Source: Vicugna vicugna
Lineage: Eukaryota
NCBI GenBank assembly: GCA_013265495.1
Contig: MU058868.1
Coordinates: 940,587-1,004,586, forward strand
Length of the DNA: 64,000 nucleotides
Reading direction: 5' to 3'
The notes below the pieces were generated by a model, which was not told where the DNA came from, did not search any database, and saw only the letters and a program-made list of their open reading frames with translations. Shown here in pieces: positions 38,111-49,135 of the stretch (its first letter is position 1; each line of letters starts with the position of its first letter). The translations under genes were made by a program, and so were the position numbers.

Positions 38111-40900
38111 GGCTGCACCAGCCAGCGCTGTTCAGGAGGGAGGCGCGAGGACCAGGCGGCCGGGCTCCGCGGGGGCCACCTGAGGGTGCTCTTCCCGGAA
38201 GCTCGCAGTGGGGGGGGGGTGCCAAGCGATCTCTGAGGAGCACACGGAGTCTTAGATTGTGCTGGTGACGTTTGAGCCAGCTGTGTGGGCTTGTGGGTAT
38301 TTGATTCTCCATATTTTTGTTTGTCTGAACTGGTTGATGAAAAGAGAGGTAGCCACTGTTGAGTGCTTACCACACGGGAGAGACGTTGCCAGTATGTTAC
38401 CGTGGAAAATCGCGTTCAGTTCTCACAGTAGCCTTTTGAGGCTGGCGTATCCCTGTCTCCCAGCTGGCTGCACCGAGCTCGAGGCTGACAGCCACAGAGG
38501 CGGCACAGGCAGGAGGTAGCGCTGGGCCCTGCCCCTTGGCCAGTGCCCTCACGCCGCGTGGCGGCGTTATGAGACCTGCAGACTTGAGCAAACGGTTGTT
38601 GCTTTATTAACCTGGGATGGTGATGAAGCCACTTCCTCTGCCCCACGTGGGGGGCACGGTGTGGGTGAGGGGCGAAATCAGCTGCTGTTACAGATCTATC
38701 TCCTGTCCCACGGCAGAGCGCTCCTTGAACAAGGGCATGCAAGCAGCGTTGTAGCTGGAACCTAACAGGTGCCTGGAAGTCAGCCTGGCGGAGGAGAGTG
38801 TCTCAGGGAGCGTGCAGCCTGTGCAGGTGTCGGGAGGTGGAGCCCGCCGTGTCTGCAGCCTGCTCGAGTGTAGAGCTGCCCAGGGTGATGCGAGTGGGGA
38901 GAGAGTCTGTGCTGGCTAAAGGGGAGCAGCGGGGCATCTCACCCCAGGTGGGGATGGGCCATGGTTCCCTGGTCACACGAGGGAGACCTTTTGGTGGGAA
39001 TGTCAGCAGGTGGACAGACTAGAGAGCCGGGAGAGTGGGTGAACACAGATGAGCAGGAGTGGAGCTGGCCAGCCTGGCACGGGCCCAGCTGCAAGGGGAA
39101 GGGTGCCTCCGGGGCGTTTGGCAGTCCTGCTCGAGGAGGCAGCGTGGGCATGGTTACACTTTGTTCTGCAGGCTGGCTGCCTGAGGGCAGCAGGCCCACA
39201 AACATGCTGTGCTTGGGGGTCTCCGGTGGGAGTTCCGGGAGGCACGTGCTCTGTGTGTCTGGAGCTTTGCACAGAAGCCTTTGCTGCTTGGGTCTCAGAC
39301 CCTCAATGCTGGAAGTGTAGGGGCCAGGGCAGGGCGGCAGGATAGCCTGTGGGGCTGAGCGTGGAGGGAGCCCTGGGTTGAGGGGAGAAAGCAGGTGTGC
39401 GTGGGGCTGGAGACACCCAGGCGGGCGCGGGTGGGAAAGAGCACGTTTTCACGTGGCAACTCTCAAGGGACATGGGTGAGGATGCCCCGTGGAGGGCCGG
39501 ACGTGGAGCCGGACCACGCACTGCAGAGTCGGTGGGATGCTGGCATCCAGCAGGGCCAAGGAGGACGTGGTGGAGGTGGGGCACCGGAGGCTGCACGAAG
39601 CTGTCCAGGTGACTGAGTTGTGAGTTGAGGCAGAGGCTACCTGTGTCGCAGGCAGGAGGCAGGTCTCGGTGGTCGTGGTGACCACTGACTCCTTCCCACC
39701 ACCAGGCAAGTGTTGACTGTCGCCATCACAGAGGGAGTGGACGCACCCCCACTGCCCCGAGTTCTCAAAGCCGCCAGGCGGACGAGCCACGTTCGAACCT
39801 GGGTCTGGCCCCCATGCCGGCAGCCAGCGCTCTGCCCGGTGGGCAGGCCTCTTCTGGAAGGGCCTGGGGCACTGGGGCCCCTGCTGTGGCAGCGTGAGTG
39901 AACGCCTGTGGCCGAGTTCCGAGAGACCTCTACTGTGGACACCAGTGCTGGAATTCCCTTTGATTTTTATGGGCTGTGAGATAGTTTTCCTCTGATTTTT
40001 TCAACATTTAAAAACAGGAGATCAGTTCTTAGTTCATCAGGTTGTGTGAACGCGGGAGGTGGGTCAGGTCTGTTTTGCTGCCGTGCCTTGTCGACCCACA
40101 GCCCCGCTACCGGTGGTTCTCAATCGTGGGGCGCGCTGGAAGCCCCTGGGGAGCCTTCAGAGCAGTGCTGCCGGGCCCGCCGGGCTAGAGTGGTCGCGAC
40201 CCCAGGTCACTGCAGTGGGCAGCGGAGGCCCAGCCCTCAGCCCTGCGCACACGCGCGTCCCCTTGGGGCCCTTGTGAGGGCGCGGCTCCTGGTTGTCGGC
40301 GAGCTCCTCGGGGGAGCGGCATGCTGCGTTTCTAGCGCGCTCCGGGCCTGGTGCTGGCAGCCCTGCTGTGCTGCAGGGCCAGGGCGCCCAGTGTCGCGGC
40401 CGCACAGGGCGGCTGTCTCCGGGCCGGGCCGGGCCGGGCCAGCGGTCAGGGCGTGCTCGCTGGCACAGCGCCTTGCTGTCCTTCCGGAGCAGGTGCCTGA
40501 AGGTGGGGTTGTTGCGAGGCCGACAAGGAGGCCAGCCGAGGCTTCGCCTCTGGGTCTAGAGGTGGCGCTCTCAGGGCCCGGTCCCGCGCGGGTCTCTCAG
40601 GGCACCTAGGAAGTGTCAGTGAAGGGACTTAGTGGTCGGGCGGGAAGTGTGTTTCCTCTTACACTTGTCGTTCCCTGCATTTACACAAGTGCGGTTGGAT
40701 TGTTTTCACCAGCACTGCTTCCAACCGTGAGTTTTCAAGGAGTTTTCACATCAGTTTATACTATTTTCCTGGAAGCTTTTATGGGGCGTAGTTTGACAGG
40801 TAGGAGAGAAAATGCCACGGGCTGAGTTCTCAGGGCTGGGCACCGGGTCCTGTGAGTTGAGGTGTTCAGCTCCTAGAGGCCCTCCTGTGTCTTCCCGCAG

Positions 40901-41045
40901 GTTGTGGCTGAGCACCCGGACGCACCCGCCGAGGAGATCGAGGAGCTGCTGGGGTCCCAGTGGGACCTGCTCACCGAGAAGCAGAAGGCGCGCTACCACA
41001 CCAAGTTCGCCCTGCCGGCCCCTTCCCAGGCGGAAGAAGAGTCTG
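40901..41045 (+). CDS. NSD2: NSD2 exon 6 (HMG box)
   Basis: 145 nt, cag|GTT...TG|gtaagc; [36 protein letters not shown]. Confidence 0.97.
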
Positions 41046-43082
41046 GTAAGCGCAGCGCTGCACCGTGTCCCTGCCTGGGTGTGACGTGGGCGGTGGCTGC
41101 TTGGCGCCCCGCCCTTCCTAGCCCCGATCAGCAGCCAGAGTTGGGGGTCACAGGAAAGCCCTTCTGCCGGCCTTTCCTCATTCGTGGTTCCCCAGAGCCA
41201 TGCCGGGCGATCCTCCCGTGTCCTGTGGACCCTCGCTTGTGCCTAGTGGGCGGGCACTCCAGCCTCTGCAGCCAGCGGGGGTGTGAGGGAGCAGGAGGAA
41301 GGTGGGACCCCAGGTGGCCTCCGGGGCTGTGGGCTCACGTGCTGGGCAGGGTCAGACCAGGCCTGTGTCTCGTGGCCAGGCTGCCCTCACTCACAGGGGC
41401 CTCGCCCCCGTGGGCAGCGGCTCTGCATCCGGGGCTGTTCCTGTAGGCTCAAGAGCTCACACGGAGGAGGGCACTGTGGACTGACCTTCGGCGTGGCTGT
41501 CCTCTGGTGCTCCTTTGCTTTGGGCCATGGCAAGAGGAGGGGCTCCACACTGAGCTTCAGGGAGACATGTCCCCATAGTCAGGGTGTCATCTGTGCATGC
41601 TCGGACACTGTGCTCCGGGAAATGGACACTTCATGTAAAAACAAGTGTGACGTATTTGGGTATCAGCTTAAAATACAGAAAAATTCTGCGTCTCTCAAGG
41701 TTGAAGAGTTCTGGAGAGGCCAAAAGTAAAGTGTTTCCAGACTCACCTAACAGGAGGCCGAGGCCCGGAAGTAACTGCGTTCGCTTTGTGTGCATGAGGC
41801 TGTGCTTCTGAGTCAGCGCCGTGTGTCCTGGCTCTTGTGGCCGCGCACCCGAGAGCCTGCCAGTTGTGTTCACGGATGTTTCCATTTTGACTTCAGGGCT
41901 TTCTAGATTTCCACATTGACTGTCTAATTATATTAACACTGAGTTTCATCTAACTGGTTCAGTTTATGTTGCAAATACTACGATTCAGAATGGGGGTGCG
42001 TCTAGGGTTTGTGATTTCTTTAAAAGGCGGAAGTTCACCAGACTCTTCATCAGTGTGCCAAGTGCCCCTTGTCAGTGACTGTTGACTTCAGAGTAGTCAG
42101 GTTTTCTTGAAGCCGGATTCAGTTTGCCCCTGAAGAGTCACTATGACTTGACTGTGTCCCGTTGTGTCCTCTGGGCTGTCCTGAGTGCTCGGTAGACCGG
42201 GCACAGTGGTCCCTGCCCTGTGTGTGTCAGGTGTGTGCCGGTCGTGGGAGCACGGTGCTTAGGACGGGATGGCGGGCTGGCCCCGTGTTGGGGATTCAGA
42301 CAGATGCCCATCTTGCTTCTTCCTGTGAGAAGCAAGCACTGCCTCGTGCTGGTGCAGGAGGAGGTCCTTACATAAGGACCACAACTTCGCCTCCGCCGGG
42401 GGGTGTCTGTCTGTCGTGCACGTGTGCTGTGGGGCAGGCTCACCAGGCCCCACTGGCCGCCGCGCTGCGGGCCTCTTCCTGGTGCTCCCTCGAGGCCAGG
42501 CTGGCGCAGTGGCCAGGGGCAGAGCTTGCTGAGGGCTGCACTTGGGCTGCTTATGCCAGACTGGGACTGGCAGCTGGTGAGGCCGGCACCCCAGCTATGA
42601 CTCTTCTCCAAGACACCAGGCCTGGACCTGAGGCGGGGCCTGTGCTTGCGTCTGCCCTGGGCTGCTGGATGCCAGGGAGCTCAGTGGCCCTGGCTGGTGT
42701 GCTGCACCCCAGCCTGTGGTGCCCTCCCGCAAGGGGTGTGGTGAGCGTCCAGGAGGGAGCCAGGAGTCTCTGCAAAGCAGTCTTGCGGGGGGTGGGGGTC
42801 CTGGGTTGGTGTTAGATTGACATCGGTGTGTGCAGATTCACCGTATCTCTGGAATCTGCAGTCTTGCCTTAGGTCTTGCTGTTCGAGGGTAGGACTGTTT
42901 GGGTTGATATTCGTGGTACATGGCACAGTTAATCAAACATGTGGAAAGCCCTTAGTTTGCAGATGCAAATGGGGTGTTACTCCTTAAGATGCTTCTTTAA
43001 GGAAATGCATAAAAAGTAGCAAGTTGTTTAAATTTTTGAAGTTAAACATAAATTCCACTAGCCTCTGCTCCTTTCCTTTTTT

Positions 43083-43265
43083 TTTAAATTGAAGTGCAGT
43101 CAGTTACAGTGTGTCAGTCTCTGGTGCGCAGCCCAGTGTCCCAGTCATGCTCGTACGCACACATACTTGTTTTCGTATTCTTTTTCATGAAAGGTTATTA
43201 CAAGATATTGAATATAGTTCCCTGTGCTCTACAGAAGAAACTTATTTTTAAACATCTATTTTTGT
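43083..43265 (-). mobile_element. Short L1 3'-end fragment, similar to the 3' end at ~11790
   Basis: ttttttaaattgaagtgcagtcagttacag...gaatatagttccctgtgctctacag; shares motifs with 11790-11960. Confidence 0.75.
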
Positions 43266-43607
43266 ATATTAAATTCCACTTACATTACTAAGTAAAGGAT
43301 TTTGTCAGGAATACTGGGTTATATTTAAATTTAATGCTAATTTATTGGACATTAAATGTAACAGATACCAGTATGATAATCTCTAGATCAGATAAAGATT
43401 TCCTACTGTTCGATGTCGCAGGAAGCAGCCCCTGCAACTGGGAAGACGTGGAGACATTCGATCGGCGACACTTAGGCCCTGGAGCGGCAGGTGCTTCAGG
43501 AGGCCTGGCAGGGCCAGGCCTGCGCTGGCCGCCCGGGGTCGTGCCCGAGCTTTGCGGGGCGGCTTGTGGGGTGTTTCTCACATCAGTTTCCCCCGTCCCA
43601 TTTCAAG

Positions 43608-43726
43608 GTCACTTAAATGGGAAAAAAAGAAACCACACTAAAAGGACACAGGACCCTACAGAAAACGTCGCAGTGGAGGACGCACCCAGGAAAAGACTCA
43701 GGACTGACAGGCACAGTCTTCGGAAG
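43608..43726 (+). CDS. NSD2: NSD2 exon 7
   Basis: 119 nt, aag|GT...AAG|gtaatc; [19 protein letters not shown]...[13 protein letters not shown]. Confidence 0.96.
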
Positions 43727-45604
43727 GTAATCACGTCCCGGACTGGCATGGCTGGAGGCCCCGGGTCCCTCCCGGGGGTGCTCAGCCGGCACTGGCCAGC
43801 CTCCCTCAGGGCCCCTTGGAGAAGGCCGCGGGGGAGAGCACGTTCTCCTCTGCTGGGGACTTAGTGCCTCCAGACACCCTGAATAATGCTTGAAGTTTAG
43901 ATTCAACGAACGGTGCACGTGAAGTGAGTCCCGCCTGGGGGCGTGTCATTCAGGGTGCAAATGACGAGCTGACAGGAGCACACCAGAACCCACTGAGTAG
44001 GTGACTTTTCAGTAAGAAGCTGAGGAAAAGCCACTAAAGGCACTGAGCACAGATTTTATGAACTCATTCAGTTTATTAGTAATTCACGTTACTGTTCACT
44101 TCTGGGAATACTGATCAAGCTGCGTGGCCTGTTTGGTGCGTTGAACAAAGTGTAGGTATAAAGGCCCAGTTCTCTATAAAGGCAGCCCAGGGCCCTGCAG
44201 TTCTGGCAGTGCCAGCGGGGTCCAGGGGCAGAGGCTGCCCGGTACCTGGAGGAGAGAGAGAGGTTCCCACGTTGGAGGAGCTGGTGTGGGGCTGGTGCCC
44301 GTGGAGGGCGCAGGGCCTGCCCGGTGCCTGTGTGACGCGGCTCCGTCTGTTTAAACCGTCTCAGACACCCACCTAAATAACTCCATCTGAACTGACTCTG
44401 TACCCAGCCTTTGAGTTTATGTTTATTTGATAATAGTTCAGACAAAGGAGTTGTACGCTGATTTGTGGTTTTGAGTACGACCTCCATCTGTCTTTTACTG
44501 ATCTAAATTAAGAAGTTCTTTCATTGTTTGATTTTGAAGGATGGAAAATAAATCTCACGTATTGCTCAAGACCTGGCCACCACATGGTTGGTCTGATTTC
44601 TTTGAAGCCATGCCTGCAGTTCAGGAGAGCAGGCAGGCCCGCCCCCTTTCCCCGAGGACCTGCAGGTGGGGCTGTCAGTGACCAGGTGTCAGACAGCAGC
44701 CTGTTAGCTGAGGTTCACCTTGAGTCACTCTCGTGCTCATTCCCTGGGAACACATGCTCGCTTACTCCTCTGGCGCCTGCTGTTGGACTGGCCTCATCGA
44801 CGGTCACACTGGCTGGTCGCTTTGGAGTCTCTATGTAGAGGGTTTACCAAAAAAGCGTAGTTTTGAAGCACCAAAATTCACATAAAGTAGCTAAATAGAA
44901 ATACTTTATGAACAGCTCAGAAAATAGCACGTGATTTTAAAAAGAATCAAGGTGTCTTGTTGCTTCTTACAAAGCTGGGTGAGCCCTGTTGCGTGCAATT
45001 CCCCACCTGCGCTGAGTACGTGGCTGGGCCGGGAGCGTCCCAAGTGCGGTGCCCACCCCACTGGGGTCCGGCAGGTGGGGGTGGGGTGCAGACATAGGAA
45101 CTCGGCCTCCGGGCTGCAGGTTGACTGAGGTGGCAGTGCTGCCCCGGGAGGTTTATTTCAACCACATTACTCGCCTTCTGAGCACTAGATAAATGCTCGT
45201 GATCCCTCTTTTTTTTTTCCTGCTATTTTTCTGTTTTGAAATGTGCTTTTCGATGACTTTGTGAGGTTTACCTGGAGTTTGTCTCAGAGTTGGGAATCGT
45301 CTGTGGTGGCTCCCCGTGTAGTTGACTGGGCACCCAGGGGAGAAGGGGGTGCCTCTGGCCCACGTCCACGCGTGCTCAGCGTCTGCGTGGCCGTGCCTGC
45401 CCCCCCACCCCCCGCCGACATCCGCGGGAAGTGGGGTCAGCTCCGCTCAGGCAGAGAGTCCGCGCCGGCGGCGCTGACGGCTCGCTTGCAGAACACACGC
45501 TCTTCAGCCGCCTGTGTCAGTTCACGTTCGGAGATTTCTTTCCCTTTCCTCCCTTTCTCTTTTTCTCTGTTCCTCCCTCCTCTCCATCCCTTTTTTAATA
45601 ACAG

Positions 45605-45686
45605 AGAGAGACTGTCGCTGACAAGACCGCCCGAGCAAGCTCTTGCAAGGCTACGGAGGCCGCCTCCTCTCTGAAGAGCCAGGCAG
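45605..45686 (+). CDS. NSD2: NSD2 exon 8
   Basis: 82 nt after a long pyrimidine tract; RETVADKTARASSCKATEAASSLKSQA; CAG|gtaatg. Confidence 0.94.
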
Positions 45687-46657
45687 GTAATGTGGACAGC
45701 TCTCCTGCCCGGGCCCTGCGCTGGGGAGACGCCCTCGGGACGCCGTGCCTCGCCGGCTTTGCTGACGCCGCCCTTCTGCGGACTTCTCAGCTTTATTGTT
45801 TTCAGTTTAAGTTTGTATTGGAGAAGTGATTTAAACCAGAAATGTCCAGGTTTCTGATTGACGGTACCAGTTGTTGCTGTAAACCCACCCCCTCTTAGTA
45901 CCCAGTCCTCCATGTGTATCGGCTGAAAGTCAAAGTAGTGACTGTTTATTGTTATTTCACGTGGTGAAGAGCTAGCTTTTTAAAGTACTTGTGGGAAAGA
46001 ACTGTCAAAACAATGAAAGGGGGACTCAGGCGGCCTTTTCATTCATGGTCTTTTTGACATATTTATCTGGTTGTTCATTAAAGCAAGCTTACGATCTCCA
46101 CATCTTAATTAGAAAGGAAAATAAAATCCGGAGGAGAAAATAAGTGAAGGATGGAAATGGCTCTGTTTTCCTTATTTTGCATGAAGTGCTATACTGGTTT
46201 TTAAAAATCAGTTGAACCGACTATTAAAACAAAAGACATTTGTGAGAGTTTGAGCACTGAGTGGACATTTAACGATACAAAGTGTCGTTACTTCAAGGTG
46301 ATAGAGGCACGTGGTTGTATTTGAAACCTTACGTTTTAGAAGTTCAGACGTTCCAAACTCCTCGTGGGTGGGATGCTGTTGTCTGGGGTTTGCTGCAGAG
46401 GAACCGGTAAGGGCTGTGGAGCCCGGTGTGGGGGAGCTGGTGTTGGCCCAGCTTGAGGTCTGGGTCAGGCGGGGGCCGCTGGAGTTCACCGTCCAGTTCC
46501 TCACCTTGATTTTTCCACAACAAAAAGTTAACCCTTTGGCATGACAGCCCAGAAAATTCATCTTTAGAAGTTCATTTTTCAGATGGGTACTTTTAGAGCA
46601 GGAGAGAGATTGAGCCACGATTTCAAACTTTACTTTACAAACCAAATTATTTCACAG

Positions 46658-46782
46658 CCACGAAGCATCTGTCTGACGCGTGCAAGCCCCTGAAGAAGCG
46701 GAACCGGGCCCCCCCAGCAGCACCCGTGTCTCTCGTGTTTAGCAAGAGTTCGTCTCCTTCTGCCTCCTTCACTGAGAATGAG
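46658..46782 (+). CDS. NSD2: NSD2 exon 9
   Basis: 125 nt, cag|CC...GAG|gtaaaa; [17 protein letters not shown]...SFTENE. Confidence 0.96.
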
Positions 46783-49072
46783 GTAAAATAATAATAATAG
46801 TGACCAGGGCACTCACGTGAGGGCCACTTAGTTACCCGGGGTGAAGCACCACATGGTGTTCTCCACAGGCCTAGGGAGGGTGAGGTGCTCCAAGCTGGGC
46901 GACGTCACCAGCTGGGAGCGAGTCACTCCCGTAGCCTTTTCCAGTCACAGATGCACACAGCGTCTTTGCAAACGTGCGTGGCTGTACTTCAGTAGCAGTG
47001 CATTTGATCGTGCTTGAAACTGACTTTAAAACGTTGGTTCTGTGATCTCTCACATGGTACCCCCAACTCTGCGAGCCGGGCTGCCGTAGGCCATCTGTAC
47101 CCCAGTGGGACAGAGAGGCCCACGCGCCGTGAACGTGCTCGAGACCTCCTGGGCCAGGTGCACGGACGGCCGTCCCTGTGCGTCCCAGGGCTGCGGGACC
47201 CGGCTTTGGTCCTGTAACTTCTGCCATGTTCTTAGGTCCTTAGAGGCAGAGCTCCCTGGGTGATGTGACTCCTGTTTTCTGGACTTCCGCGTGCTCTTTG
47301 CCATTCCTAAAAACACAGCGTACGGCAGCCTCGGGATGCGGGTCTGACACCTTGTCCAGAGGGAGTTTAGGATTCTGGCTTTAGAGACTACCCGAGGAGC
47401 TTACTTTCAAGCTCCAATTTCTTGCTGTGCTGTTCGCTGTGCCCCTTCTTCTCACCGCAGACACGAGCCCTTGTTTAGAGCTTTTCTGTGAGAGAGGCTG
47501 AGCTTGGGCTTTTTAGGAGTGAGACAGAGTGGGCGTGCCCTCACCCTGTGGGGTCAGAAGGGGGCACTTCTGACATGGTGTCCACCGTGGTCCCCGGGGG
47601 GCCCTGTGCTGCCCTGCTTTCTCCCCGTCTCCGCTGCCCCCGCCTGTTGGAGGGGGGCTTCCAGAGGGTGGGGTGTCTGAGCGCTGAGGCCAGGGTCCCG
47701 GGCAGCTGACGAGGCACGCACACAGAGAGCTGCTCCAGGGGCTGGGCCGCCCGGCAGTGGTGCGTGCGGGGCTGCGGCTCCCCGAGAGCTGTAGTGCGTG
47801 CAGGCAACCAGACATGTCTCACGTGTGCCCACACGTGAGAAGACGCAGAGATAATTCTTCACACTTCTGGGAGCTTACTGACACATGGAGAGGCCGGTTC
47901 TAATTCTGTGCAACGTAGTTGTCCTTTTCCTTTTTTTTTTTCTTGTCTGAGTGCAGATTAGTGTCCTAGCAAGTTAACTGAAAGCTGGTGAATACTGGAA
48001 ACAAAGTTGCAGTTCCTTCACTTAAGTTGACTTTTTTGTTTAGATTTTTTGATGGGTTCTTCTTGCATCCTATTTTGGCCCACTTCCCGGCAGAGCTTCA
48101 CTTGTCCTGTTGTCAGACACAACGAGGAGAAAAGCGCTGAGGGCTGAGGTCGGGCCTACTGTCCCCAGCCGGCTGCCTGGGCTGGAGGCTGGGTCAGAGC
48201 AGCGCCCGGGCGGGGGTGGCGGGAAGGCGGCGGCCTGCTCTGTCAGATGTGCCTGGGGGTGTGACGTTGATTGTAACCAGGGTGCGGGGTACGTCTTGTG
48301 TTTCTGGCGCAGACGTTTGTTCTGAGCTTGGGAAGACTTAGGTGAAGCATTCCTCAGTCATTAGACTTGATGGATGTTTAATTCTTTAGAACCTCAGCAG
48401 TGGATAGTTTATTAAGTACATTACAGTCACGCGCTCTTCTGCATTGTGGCGGTGACTCTTAGATCCCGCAGTGTGCACTAGGCTTTTCCATCAGGCCGCT
48501 TCTGTGCGGTGCATACGCCGCTCACGTTAGGTTCCTTTACACAGGGTGGTACTGCCCGCTGAAAGCACCGTGGCTGAGCAGGACAAGTGTGTCTGTGTTA
48601 ACACAGCGCAGCGCCCCCCACGCTAGGTCCTTTCCACCGAGAGGCAGCGCAGTGTTAGGGAGAAACGCCCTAGACGCCTTGGGCCCTGTCTGGTGGGCAC
48701 GGGGCGACTGTGGGGCTGATGTGTGGGGGGCCCACCCTGGCCCCTCATTTGGGTCATGTTTTCTCTCTTCATCACCACTGACTAAAATAAGGAATTTATA
48801 AAAAAAAAAAGGAATTTTCATAGGGTTGGTTTTTCAAGACGTTTCAGTCATGTCTAAAGTCCCCTTAAACAAGGTGTGTGAGATAAATAAAACTTACAAC
48901 AAAACAGTTATTACGTACAAGGAGCTGCATCACGCTGAGGAGGACAGGTCACAGCCCCACACCTGCATGACAGGCCTGGGAAGGAGTTAATGTGGTTTAA
49001 GTGTTCTGTAACTTCATTTCTTATTCCCTTAGTAGAGCAAATTCTTATTTTTTTCGCCTTCACTGGTAACAG

Positions 49073-49135
49073 CTTTTATGGGAGCCCACGTCAGCCAAGC
49101 TGGACTTGAACTCAGCTGCTCTGTGCTGCACTTAA
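49073..49135 (+). CDS. NSD2: MMSET-I (NSD2-short) alternative terminal exon, coding part LLWEPTSAKLDLNSAALCCT*
   Basis: aacag|CTT, phase 0 after exon 9; matches the recalled human MMSET-I tail LLWEPTPVKLDLNPAALYCT. Confidence 0.9.
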   Translation, partial: LLWEPTSAKLDLNSAALCCT

